This document shows positions 9,601-18,717 of a stretch of DNA of 64,000 nucleotides, piece after piece. The position numbers were made by a program, and so were the translations under genes. Numbering within the stretch: position 1 is the stretch's first letter; each line of letters starts with the position of its first letter. The stretch spans positions 224,001 through 288,000 of the forward strand of contig CP166615.1 of NCBI GenBank assembly GCA_041937175.2, given 5' to 3'. A model generated the notes under the pieces. The model did no database searches and was not told the origin of the DNA. It saw only the letters and a program-made list of their open reading frames with translations. The DNA comes from Limnothrix sp. BL-A-16 (GTDB lineage: Bacteria > Cyanobacteriota > Cyanobacteriia > CACIAM-69d).

Positions 9601-11582
9601 GCAACCCCGATCGCGCGAGAGAACTGTTCGAGCGAGCCAGCCAAGCCGACCCCAGTAATGCACCCACCTTGCAAGCCTGGGCGTTGTTTGAGAAAGAGCA
9701 GCGCAACCCCGATCGCGCGAGAGAACTGTTCGAGCGAGCGAGCCAAGCCGACCCCAGTCATGCACCCGTTTGGCAAGCCTGGGCGTTGTTTGAGAAAGAG
9801 CAGCGCAACCCCGATCGCGCGAGAGAACTGTTCGAGCGAGCCAGCCAAGCCAATCCAAGCGATGCACTCACCTTGCAAGCCTGGGCGTTGTTTGAGAAAG
9901 AGCAGCGCAACCCCGATCGCGCGAGAGAACTGTTCGAGCGAGCCAGCCAAGCCAATCCAAGCGATGCACTCACCTTGCAAGCCTGGGCGTTGTTTGAGAA
10001 AGAGCAGCGCAACCCCGATCGCGCGAGAGAACTGTTCGAGCGAGCCAGCCAAGCCGACCCCAGTCATGCACCCACCTTGCAAGCCTGGGCGTTGTTTGAG
10101 AAAGAGCAGCGCAACCCCGATCGTGCGAGAGAACTGTTCGAGCGAGCCAGCCAAGCCGACCCCAGTAATGCACCCGTTTGGCAAGCCTGGGCGTTGTTTG
10201 AGAAAGAGCAGCGCAACCCCGATCGCGCGAGAGAACTGTTCGAGCGAGCCAGCCAAGCCGACCCCAGTCATGCACCCGTTTGGCAAGCCTGGGCGTTGTT
10301 TGAGAAAGAGCAGCGCAACCCCGATCGCGCGAGAGAACTGTTCGAGCGAGCCAGCCAAGCCGACCCCAGTAATGCACCCACCTTGCAAGCCTGGGCGTTG
10401 TTTGAGAAAGAGCAGCGCAACCCCGATCGCGCGAGAGAACTGTTCGAGCGAGCCAGCCAAGCCAATCCAAGCGATGCACCCACCTTGCAAGCCTGGGCGT
10501 TGTTTGAGAAAGAGCAGCGCAACCCCGATCGCGCGAGAGAACTGTTCGAGCGAGCCAGCCAAGCCGACCCCAGTCATGCACCCACCTTGCAAGCCTGGGC
10601 GTTGTTTGAGAAAGAGCAGCGCAACCCCGATCGCGCGAGAGAACTGTTCGAGCGAGCCAGCCAAGCCGACCCCAGTCATGCACCCACCTTGCAAGCCTGG
10701 GCGTTGTTTGAGAAAGAGCAGCGCAACCCCGATCGCGCGAGAGAACTGTTCGAGCGAGCCAGCCAAGCCGACCCCAGTCATGCACCCACCTTGCAAGCCT
10801 GGGCGTTGTTTGAGAAAGAGCAGCGCAACCCCGATCGCGCGAGAGAACTGTTCGAGCGAGCCAGCCAAGCCGACCCCAGTAATGCACCCACCTTGCAAGC
10901 CTGGGCGTTGTTTGAGAAAGAGCAGCGCAACCCCGATCGCGCGAGAGAACTGTTCGAGCGAGCCAGCCAAGCCGACCCCAGTAATGCACCCGTTTGGCAA
11001 GCCTGGGGGTGGATGGAAAAAGAACAGGGCAACCTCAAACAAGCCCGGTCTCTGTTGCAACAAGCCTTGGCACTCGACCCCAGCAATGCCGTTGTTTGCC
11101 GCTCCCTCACGGAATTGGAAGTCGAGCAACAAAACTGGGAAGCAGCCCTCGACTATGCCAACCGCTCCATTGCTGGCAAACACAAAGAGGAACGATACCG
11201 GCGAGAGGTGGTGGCCTTGCGCGCCAAAATCCACCTCGCCTTAGGCAACCCAGAACTAGCCAGCGCCGACTTTCGCTATTTGGATCAAGCCCTGCAAGCC
11301 CAACTCGCCCAACAGCCCCACAGCGTGCCCTTGATGGTGCAACGGGCCCAACATCTGATCCAATGGGGCCAATGCAACCCTGCCAAATGGGCCGAAGCCG
11401 CCACCCTGCTGACCCAAGCCGCAAAACTCGCCAGCCCTAGGCAAAAACTCTATGTGCTGAACGCCCAAGGGGAACTGGCCCTAGCCCAGGGCGATCGTCG
11501 CAGTGCGATCAAATATTGGGACTCCGCCCTGCGCCACGATCCCACCTTCGCCCCCGCCCGCCAAAACCGTGATCGCGCCTAA
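6627..11582 (+). CDS. Caspase-like (peptidase C14) + STAND-like P-loop NTPase + HAT/TPR repeat protein
   Basis: KKALVIGIS start, YIASHG (His) and FDFCHAG (Cys) dyad; Walker A GRGGEGKST; Walker B VLVCVDE; long array of 34-aa helical repeats. Confidence 0.88.
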   Translation: MPKKALVIGISQFDDVGFRSLTCDRDLDRISAWFKTQNYDVKIAPELYSQETQEIYPDPKGKLNYNNLRNELKRFLTETVRGCELAVVYIASHGCLKTDDNDEPVACLVASDTPKKKEDKNKTYLLASLAKLFETADVNNLVGIFDFCHAGAITDLIEEVEASFKRQKNYVLLAACHASESAFDTQEGGVFTTVLLEGLSPQNVDEKGRITAAKLCDFVRTRLGNSGQTARCLPGKELLAIGQYDRAEIETAQAATVDPKPERGLELPVGFRRVAELVAKAESIQPSQTQFYQATAPHWSDIKANCDAPRDLYAEVKQFVIDRLDPKYWAIDPLDDTFRLPPVPLGVIVGRGGEGKSTLLMRVAADLAAAGYEVWWREERLSGLNVTALATMPQPDRPVLVCVDELLSGDEEELLGGLMQLYRQSTPLVLLGTVRQELWRGQIEERAGGETEIAAFKFGALGPSELEAIVAKLEAANKLGELAKLEPAERVQHLLTKADGQLLILLCEVCDREGVKALVQRNLDALKSQNPNGELVVEACQYVALLHSFGLEMPHTHLGKLLNFKTDFEHIKKVLKRTQGFLEVRRTSEVDWFQTRHAYVADIMVEAMVKSLEEDIYDRISSFLTNAINEFQGELVQPFLKVLTSQWQLLQLDIELLRRVFGSLNKSSTVQKVILSIWANLEASLSNIEGARDLFRQAVEADLDDPRSLQMWADFEARQNELEQARKLLEQAVALNHQYRFAWTSLLKLERRCNNLERAREIFQLLWEQQPENISHLIDWIDFETQQRNWDDVRELLERATSLPGIHVGLFHRWIRLEKQQGNYAKALAICERALEQHAGNISLLLAEAILHRQSGNPDRARELFERASQANPSDAPVWQAWALFEKEQRNPDRARELFERASQADPSNAPVWQAWALFEKEQRNPDRARELFERASQADPSHAPVWQAWALFEKEQRNPDRARELFERASQADPSHAPVWQAWALFEKEQRNPDRARELFERASQADPSNAPTLQAWALFEKEQRNPDRARELFERASQADPSHAPVWQAWALFEKEQRNPDRARELFERASQANPSDALTLQAWALFEKEQRNPDRARELFERASQANPSDALTLQAWALFEKEQRNPDRARELFERASQADPSHAPTLQAWALFEKEQRNPDRARELFERASQADPSNAPVWQAWALFEKEQRNPDRARELFERASQADPSHAPVWQAWALFEKEQRNPDRARELFERASQADPSNAPTLQAWALFEKEQRNPDRARELFERASQANPSDAPTLQAWALFEKEQRNPDRARELFERASQADPSHAPTLQAWALFEKEQRNPDRARELFERASQADPSHAPTLQAWALFEKEQRNPDRARELFERASQADPSHAPTLQAWALFEKEQRNPDRARELFERASQADPSNAPTLQAWALFEKEQRNPDRARELFERASQADPSNAPVWQAWGWMEKEQGNLKQARSLLQQALALDPSNAVVCRSLTELEVEQQNWEAALDYANRSIAGKHKEERYRREVVALRAKIHLALGNPELASADFRYLDQALQAQLAQQPHSVPLMVQRAQHLIQWGQCNPAKWAEAATLLTQAAKLASPRQKLYVLNAQGELALAQGDRRSAIKYWDSALRHDPTFAPARQNRDRA
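9193..11007 (+). repeat. Coding tandem array of 18 x 102-bp units (34-aa HAT/TPR repeats, last unit partial)
   Basis: NPD codons start at 9195, 9297 ... 10929; units differ at only a few positions. Confidence 0.97.
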
Positions 11583-11645
11583 CTGATCGCCCCTAGCCGG
11601 TTGAATGGGGGATAGGGTCTCTACCTTGCACCGCAACCCGTGAGC

Positions 11646-13610
11646 CTAGATCGGAATTTCGATCGTGAACGTGGTTCCCTCCTGGGCCGTTGAATGGCAA
11701 CGGAGCGATCCTTGGTGCTGTTCCTGCACAATTTGGTAGCTGATGGCCAAACCCAGCCCCGTGCCCTGGCCGATCGGCTTGGTGGTGTAAAACGGCTCAA
11801 AAATCTTCGATTGCAGCGCTTCGGGAATGCCCAAGCCGTTGTCCTGGATGGCAATTTGCACCCGATCGGGCTGGCTGAGGCGCGTGATGATTCGCAATTG
11901 GGGCGCAAATCCGGCTCCCTCCTGGGCCCAGCGATCGCCCAAGGCATCGATCGCATTGCTCAACAGATTCATCAACACCTGATTGAGCTGATTGGCGTGG
12001 CAAGTGACTGGGGGCAAATCACCATAGTCCTTAGTCACTTGAATGGCCGGGCGATCGCCCTGATCAATCAATCGGTGATTCAAAATCATCAATGTGTTGT
12101 CTAGCCCCTCATGCAAATCCACCGCCTTCATGCTGGACTCATCCAAGCGGGAAAAATTCCGCAGCCCCAACACAATATTGGTAATTCGTTGGCAACCGGA
12201 TTGCAACGAGCCGAGCACTTGCGGTAAATCGGCGATCAGGAAGTCGAAATCCAGATCCTCCAGGCGATCGCGCATGGCCGGCGAAAGATTGGGGTATTCC
12301 GCTTGATAGGCCTGAACAATGCTCACCAAATCCTGGAAATAGGTTTCCATGTGGTACAAATTCCCCGCAATGAACGCCGTGGGGTTATTGATTTCATGGG
12401 CAATTCCGGCCACCATTTGCCCCAAGCTCGACATCTTTTCCGCTTGGATGAGTTGGGCTTGGGTTTGGCGCAACCGCTGGAGTGTTTCTTGGAGTTTGGC
12501 GGTGCGTTCTTCCACCTTTTGTTCCAAGGAAAAATTGGCCGCTTGCAAGGCTTCGGCCCGGCGATGGGCTTCCATGGCAATGCTGGCCAAGCTGGCGGCG
12601 GTGTTGATTACCTCTCGGTGATAGGCCGTGGGCTGGCAGGGAAACCGGTGCGACAGGGCAAAGGTTCCCAGCACTTCGCCATTGGCCGCCAAAAAGGGTG
12701 ACGACCAACAGGCGCGGATCCCATGGCTGAGGGCAAAGTCTCGAAAGGGCGACCAAAGGGGGTTGGTAGCAATGTCCGTGGCAAAGACCGGCTCGCCGCG
12801 ATAGGCCGCCGTGCCGCAGGATCCGGCACATTCGCCAATCATCAACCCATCAACCCCTTGGGCAAATTCCGTGGGCAGGCTGGGGGCGGCTCCGGCTCGC
12901 AGGCATTTTTGCTCGGGATCCAAGACCAAGATTGAGCAATAGGCTCCGGGCAGTTCCTGTTCCAGCAGTTCACAGAGTTGATTGAAAACGAATTGCAGCT
13001 TGCTCCCCTTAGCGATCGAACCGAGGACGCGGCTTTGGGTGTCGATCAATGCTTCCGATCTCCGCCGTTCGATCGCCCCCGCCAGCACATTGGTCACGGC
13101 TTGCAGGAAGTAAACGTCATCTTCCGAGAACGATCGGGGCTGTTCGTGATGAACTTCCAGCAGCCCCAGCAGTTGATCGCGGCCCACCACGCCCAGCAGC
13201 AAACCGCTTTGGCTGTTGGCGGGCAAGGGCAGGGGAAAGTTTTGTAAATCGTGACCTAAGGGCACATTCGCCGCCAGCAATTGCGATTCCACGCTGAAGA
13301 GCGATTGCACCAAGGGCACATTCGCCACGCTGACTTCCATGGGTTCGTTGGCGGCGGCGGGAATGGTGGCCACACGCCGCAGGGACTGGCGATCGGACAA
13401 CACGCGCCAAATGCTGCTGTAGGAAATTTTCAGCACCTCTGTCACCGCTTGCACAGCCCGCTCAAACAGGCGATCGAGCTGATTTTCCAGCAAGGCCCAC
13501 TGGCTTAAGGCTGTGATCACCATTTGTGAATTGCGATCGCTCAAGCAAGAGTAGGTCGCGCGATCGGGAGCCGTCAACGGAGAGTGGATAGCAGGATTAG
13601 CAAAGCTCAT
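11646..13610 (-). CDS. GAF-GAF sensor histidine kinase
   Basis: Two GAF domains; H-box AGIAHEINNP; NLLSNAIDA, DNGLGI, FYTTKPIGQGTGLGL boxes. Confidence 0.92.
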   Translation of the reverse strand: MSFANPAIHSPLTAPDRATYSCLSDRNSQMVITALSQWALLENQLDRLFERAVQAVTEVLKISYSSIWRVLSDRQSLRRVATIPAAANEPMEVSVANVPLVQSLFSVESQLLAANVPLGHDLQNFPLPLPANSQSGLLLGVVGRDQLLGLLEVHHEQPRSFSEDDVYFLQAVTNVLAGAIERRRSEALIDTQSRVLGSIAKGSKLQFVFNQLCELLEQELPGAYCSILVLDPEQKCLRAGAAPSLPTEFAQGVDGLMIGECAGSCGTAAYRGEPVFATDIATNPLWSPFRDFALSHGIRACWSSPFLAANGEVLGTFALSHRFPCQPTAYHREVINTAASLASIAMEAHRRAEALQAANFSLEQKVEERTAKLQETLQRLRQTQAQLIQAEKMSSLGQMVAGIAHEINNPTAFIAGNLYHMETYFQDLVSIVQAYQAEYPNLSPAMRDRLEDLDFDFLIADLPQVLGSLQSGCQRITNIVLGLRNFSRLDESSMKAVDLHEGLDNTLMILNHRLIDQGDRPAIQVTKDYGDLPPVTCHANQLNQVLMNLLSNAIDALGDRWAQEGAGFAPQLRIITRLSQPDRVQIAIQDNGLGIPEALQSKIFEPFYTTKPIGQGTGLGLAISYQIVQEQHQGSLRCHSTAQEGTTFTIEIPI

Positions 13611-13659
13611 AGGGATTAAATGCGGTGGAGTTTCGATCAGAGTGCTAATGAAAATCTGT

Positions 13660-13771
13660 ATTCACGAAAACGCCATTCACGAAAACGCCACTGACAAAAA
13701 TGCCTAGGAAACTCGTTAGCAACCTCAAGCATCCTGAAATTGTCCCAAGACTTTAATTGTCCCAAGACTTT
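13660..13771. repeat. Short tandem direct repeats upstream of the kinase
   Basis: ATTCACGAAAACGCC x2 plus a degenerate third (13660-13704); AATTGTCCCAAGACTTT x2 (13738-13771). Confidence 0.8.
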
Positions 13772-13841
13772 TAGGCGTTGGTAGGCGGCATCGAATGCTG
13801 TGCAGGCATCCTCCCATGCGGCAGCGGTTTCGGTTGCAGTA

Positions 13842-14006
13842 GAACTCTTGCGCGAATCCACCCTCATCCCCCAACCCCTTCTGCTCAAGGGGGGACGAAG
13901 AGGATTGAGACATGGTGAGTCAGAGCGATCCCGTTTTTGGTGATCTAGTCCCTTTGCTGATTGGGGAGAGAGGTTTGGGTGCGGGTCTTGATTGGTGCAA
14001 GAGGTC
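13842..14006. mobile_element. MITE family C (165 bp) with ends related to the IS5-family element at 56504-57404
   Basis: Left GAACTCTTGCGCGAAT, right ATTGGTGCAAGAGGTC, flanked by TA on both sides. Confidence 0.75.
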
Positions 14007-14222
14007 TAATGGCGATCGTTCGCAAATCATGTGGTTTGCAAACAAAGGGTACGGACTGCCCTGATGAGGGCTTACGGTAGCGGCTAAAGGCGAAAAACTC
14101 GGGAATAAGCTCTCAAAGGCAAAAAATTCTTAAAAATAGGGAATATTCGTGAAAAATTGGTTACGAAGGCTACCCAATGCGGCCTAGCTGGCGCACGATC
14201 GCCGACCTGATCAGTGCGAACC

Positions 14223-17200
14223 CTAGCGGTTGAGCAGCCATTTTTGGATTAATTCCATCAGGTGCTTCAGGCGCATGGGCTTGCTGAGGTAATCGTTGGC
14301 CCCCGCTTGCAGACAACGCTCCTGATCGCCCGGCATGGTCAGGGCCGTGAGGGCAATAATTGGCACATTTGCCAGTCCCTCATCCTTGCGAATTTGCCGC
14401 ATCGCTTCAATGCCATCAACCCCAGGCATTTGGATATCCATCACAATCAGGTCAGGGTGCTCCAGGGTGGCCAGGGTCACGGCGGCCGCCCCGTCCCGAG
14501 CCACCAACAGTCGATAGCCCTTCGTATCCAAGTAAGACGACACGGTGACAATGTTCGCTTCATTGTCTTCCACCAGCAAAATCAGGGGCGCGGACTCGGG
14601 CCCCTCCAGCAGCGAAGTGGTTTCTGTTACCTCAGCCCCTTGGCCGCTCACCGCTGACGCTGACACGGCCTGTGTGAGGGGCAAGGTAAAGGAAAAACAA
14701 CTGCCCTGGCCCAGGGTGCTGGTGACGTTCACCATGCCCCCATGGAGATTCACAATTCGTTTGACCAGGGCCAGGCCCAAGCCGGTTCCCTCATATTGCC
14801 GGTTCAAGGCACTATCCACCTGAATGAAGGGCTGAAAGAGCCGTTTCAGGTTTTCTTCGCTGATGCCGATGCCGGTGTCGGTGACGCTGAATCGCAGGGC
14901 TTCGTAGAGGGTTTGGCTGTCGGGGTCGGGCTGGGCGATCGCGCCTTCTAGGTTGGAATAGCCCACCTCCAGCAAGATTGAGCCGCCTTCGGAGGTGAAC
15001 TTCACCGCATTATTTAACAGATTGATCAACACCTGTCGCACCCGTCGCTCGTCAATGCGGATGGGCGGAAAGTCTCGGGGTAATTTGGTGCTCAGGCGAA
15101 TTCGTTTTTCCAAGGCCTGTTGTTTCACAAAGGCCAAACTGGACTCGCAAAGGGGGTGAATTTCCACATCGTTGTAGGCCAATTCCACTCGCCCGGCTTC
15201 AATTTTAGCCAGATCCAGAATGTCGTTAATCAGGGACAGCAAATGATTGCCGCTGCGTTCAATGATTTGCAGCACTTTGATTTGTTGATCGGAAACGGAG
15301 CCAAACACATTCTCTTGCAGCCCTTCCACAATGCCCAAAATGGCGTTGAGCGGGGTTCGTAATTCATGGCTCATGTTGGCCAAGAATTCATCCTTGAGGC
15401 GGGTGGCGCGGGCCAATTCCTCGTTGTTGAGGGCAAGCTGTTGGTTGCGCTCGGTGAGTTGCGCTTGGGCGGCTTGCCGCTGGGTCAGTTCCTGTTGCAG
15501 TCGATCGACCAAGGTGGCTTGCTGAATTGCGATCGCCAATTGGTTAGCAATTTGTTGCAGTAACTGAGCCTCAGATTCTTGCCAAACCCGCTTTTGATGG
15601 CAGGCATGAACCACCAAAACGCCCCAGAGTTTATTGGGCACAGTGGGAGCAACCCAACGGTGATCTTCGTGGGCAAAGGCTTCCTGCAAAATCGGAGCCA
15701 CAATTTTGGATTGGATCTGACCTTCTTGAGAATATTCTCGTAGGCAATCGGTCCAGCGATCGTCCATCACATCGGCTACAATTCGGGACTTGCCTTGCCA
15801 GTACCACTCCAAGATTTCCGAAGACCAAACTTCATCTTCCCAATGGCGATCCTTGAGGTGAACTAATCCTTCAAGGACGGTTTCTTCAACGATCGCGCTG
15901 CGGCCATCATCAAATAGTTGAAACACAATCACCCGATCGCACTGCATCACCGCCTGCACCTGTTGGGTGACGGTGTGCAAAATATGATTGAGGTTTAAAG
16001 ATTGCCGAATGCGTTCGGTAATTTGTGCCAGAACAGTTTGTTCCTGTAACTGGCGGCTGATGCGTAATTCGGCCTGTTGGCGCACCTCTAGTTCTTGCTG
16101 CACTTGGTGATAGAGACTGGACTGCTGAATGGCGATCGCCAATTGATTAGAAAGCCGGTGGGCTAATTCCACCTCATCTGGCAACCAATGACGCGGGCGA
16201 TCGCACTGATGAATGCACAGCAATCCCCACAGCTCCGAACCACAAAGCAGCGGCATCACCAAATTAGCCCGCACTTCAAACTGGGCCAAAATATCGCTGT
16301 GGCATTTGGTGAGACCATTGCTGTAAATGTCATCCACCACAAAGTAGCGACCATTGGCATAAAGCTGGGAATAATTATCCCCAAAACAGTGATCATGAAT
16401 GCGAAGACTGAGGGCAGAAGAATAGGGCGCAATCACCGACTCCGCCACAAAACAGCCGTCGTCGTAGTCTGTTTGGGGATAAAATTGAAAAATTCCAACT
16501 CGATCGGCTTGCAGCACGGCTCGAATTTCATTACAAGCCACATCAAAAATGGTTTGTAAATCCAAAGATTGCCGAATTCGTTCAGCAATCATGAGCGCCA
16601 AATGCTCACTTTCGGCTTGTTTTTTTAAGGTAGCCTCGGCCTGCTTCCGCCTTGTAATTTCCTGGGCGGTTCCCAAGATACCTAAAATTTGGCCGTGAGC
16701 ATCTTTGAGTGGGATTTTGTTGGTTTCTAACCAAATCGTTGAGCCATCCACCAAGCCATATTCCCGTTCGCAGCGGAGGGTCGCTTCCCCCGATCTCAAA
16801 ACTTGTCGATCTTCTTCTTGAATCTGTGCCAAGGTTTCCGAATCCCAAGGCAGTTGATCATCTCCAACCCCAACTAATTCCTCGGCAGAACTTAAGCCAA
16901 TGGTTGTGGCGCTGTAGTTATTAATGCCTTGATATTTCAGGTGCTGATCTTTCCAAAAAACAGCGATCGGAACCGTATCCAAAATGCCTTGCAGGAGTTG
17001 TTGGGATGCATGGCACTCGCGCTCAGCCTGTTTTTGGGCGCTGATATCACGACAAACGCAAATTAACAATCCATCGTCTGTGACGGTGAGGGATAAGCCC
17101 TCATCAAAACTACTCCCATCTGGCCGTTGGGCAATGGCTTCCCCTTGCCAAGCCCGATCGCGGATCAAAATTGGAAAAACTTCCCGCTTAAAGCGGTCTA

Positions 17201-17954
17201 ATTCTGCCTCGCCGTAGAGACTGCGCCAAGACTTTCCCAGGAGCTGTTCTGGGCTGTCATACCCAAACATGTCCAAATGGGATTGATTGAGGTAAACGTA
17301 AGTATCTTCCTTGAGAATGGCGATCCCATCTTTGGCGCATTCAATAGCGGCCAATTGCTGCTTCAAAATTGTGTTCAGGTGTTGTCGATCACTAACATCC
17401 AGGGATGGATGGGAATGCTGATTAGCAGATAATGTAGAGAACGGAGATAGTTGAGAGAGTTCAGTCTCTGGTTTGGGTTCTAGCTCGATTTTTTGCTCGA
17501 TTACCTGTTTGGCCAAGTTGTGATGCAAGAGCACAGCGGCCACTGTTTTGCGAAGGGCTAAGCCGGTTAGATGCTCTTTAACTAAATAATCCATGGCCCC
17601 CAGTTTCAGGGCCTGTTCCGCCAAGGATTCTTGGTGGGCTTGAATCAACACAATTACCGGCAGTGGCAATTGACGTTTGATGCCCTCATGGAGACTTTCA
17701 AGCACGTGAATGCCCGTGCGATCGATCAAATCTAACAGCACCACATCGGGCCGGTGCGATCGCCACCACTCAACACCCTGCTCGCGACTTGGCGGAACCA
17801 GAATTTCATATTGCCGATGAAAATCACTCTGCAAGATCGCTTGCAAATAACTGGTATAAACTTTTACTTCGCTCTTGGAGGCCCCAATTAATAAAACTTT
17901 TGTCGGTGATTGCATCGGCGGAATGACAGCGGTATTGAGGCGTAGTTGGCTCAT
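14223..17954 (-). CDS. Hybrid histidine kinase REC-PAS-PAS-GAF-GAF-HisKA-HATPase-REC (cyanobacteriochrome)
   Basis: N- and C-terminal receiver domains, FLANMSHELRTPLN H-box, GAF1 with DHCF and CH motifs, GAF2 with CL motif. Confidence 0.9.
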   Translation of the reverse strand: MSQLRLNTAVIPPMQSPTKVLLIGASKSEVKVYTSYLQAILQSDFHRQYEILVPPSREQGVEWWRSHRPDVVLLDLIDRTGIHVLESLHEGIKRQLPLPVIVLIQAHQESLAEQALKLGAMDYLVKEHLTGLALRKTVAAVLLHHNLAKQVIEQKIELEPKPETELSQLSPFSTLSANQHSHPSLDVSDRQHLNTILKQQLAAIECAKDGIAILKEDTYVYLNQSHLDMFGYDSPEQLLGKSWRSLYGEAELDRFKREVFPILIRDRAWQGEAIAQRPDGSSFDEGLSLTVTDDGLLICVCRDISAQKQAERECHASQQLLQGILDTVPIAVFWKDQHLKYQGINNYSATTIGLSSAEELVGVGDDQLPWDSETLAQIQEEDRQVLRSGEATLRCEREYGLVDGSTIWLETNKIPLKDAHGQILGILGTAQEITRRKQAEATLKKQAESEHLALMIAERIRQSLDLQTIFDVACNEIRAVLQADRVGIFQFYPQTDYDDGCFVAESVIAPYSSALSLRIHDHCFGDNYSQLYANGRYFVVDDIYSNGLTKCHSDILAQFEVRANLVMPLLCGSELWGLLCIHQCDRPRHWLPDEVELAHRLSNQLAIAIQQSSLYHQVQQELEVRQQAELRISRQLQEQTVLAQITERIRQSLNLNHILHTVTQQVQAVMQCDRVIVFQLFDDGRSAIVEETVLEGLVHLKDRHWEDEVWSSEILEWYWQGKSRIVADVMDDRWTDCLREYSQEGQIQSKIVAPILQEAFAHEDHRWVAPTVPNKLWGVLVVHACHQKRVWQESEAQLLQQIANQLAIAIQQATLVDRLQQELTQRQAAQAQLTERNQQLALNNEELARATRLKDEFLANMSHELRTPLNAILGIVEGLQENVFGSVSDQQIKVLQIIERSGNHLLSLINDILDLAKIEAGRVELAYNDVEIHPLCESSLAFVKQQALEKRIRLSTKLPRDFPPIRIDERRVRQVLINLLNNAVKFTSEGGSILLEVGYSNLEGAIAQPDPDSQTLYEALRFSVTDTGIGISEENLKRLFQPFIQVDSALNRQYEGTGLGLALVKRIVNLHGGMVNVTSTLGQGSCFSFTLPLTQAVSASAVSGQGAEVTETTSLLEGPESAPLILLVEDNEANIVTVSSYLDTKGYRLLVARDGAAAVTLATLEHPDLIVMDIQMPGVDGIEAMRQIRKDEGLANVPIIALTALTMPGDQERCLQAGANDYLSKPMRLKHLMELIQKWLLNR

Positions 17955-18717
17955 GGATCAAGATAGCGCGGTAATTTAAAGAGAGCGAGTTGATTGCGCT
18001 GAGGTCTGCGAAAGCTACACAGAGCAAAACTTTCTCACCCCAACCGAATCAGGCGAGCATGGTGAAATTCCAAAAGACGTGGAAAAATTGAAAAAAGAGT
18101 GAAAATTGTTCAAAATTAGTCTTAACTCGCCATTTACTATCCCCAAAGTCCGTTCTCCTTATTTCTAGGATAGATGAATTTTGATGAGTGATGATCCGAG
18201 AACCAGAGAGAACTAGGGTTTAATTAGGTATTAATTTACACAAGCGCAGTTTTCTTGAATTTTTGTTAAAAACTTAATTTTGAAGAGTATGATCGCGACT
18301 GAGAGGCCGATGCTTCCAAATTTTTCTTGATCAATTCCCATAATCAGGGTTTTGAAAGTCCTAATCACAAAAAACTTAATGAGTGAAACGAATCACTCAG
18401 TTCCCATATTTTTAATAATCCCTGATTTCTAGGCTAACAGGGCTAAAAGGCATTGTCTACCGTGATGAAGATGTTATAAATTTTCAAAAACGCCTGTTTA
18501 AAACAATTAGAACTTAAAAAAAGTTGAAATACTTGAAAAAAGCTGAAATTATAGGCCATCTGATTTCTATTCCTGGCTCTGGCTGCCGCTGACGGTGAGT
18601 ATTGATACCTCTCGGGAATCGCTGATGCAACCAAAATGGCCCAGCCCTGGAAGGCTCGTTTTGGAAGCATGATTGAAAAGCATTTCCCAGCCCCTGCTAC
18701 GACGGTTTTCATGTCAG

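Noticed and set aside
9193..11007. CRISPR array
   Set aside because: No unique spacers; 102-bp in-frame coding units; no cas genes in the window
9129..11244. Long alternative-frame and antisense ORFs (701 aa and others)
   Set aside because: They result from a stop-free repeat unit being copied and end near the array edges
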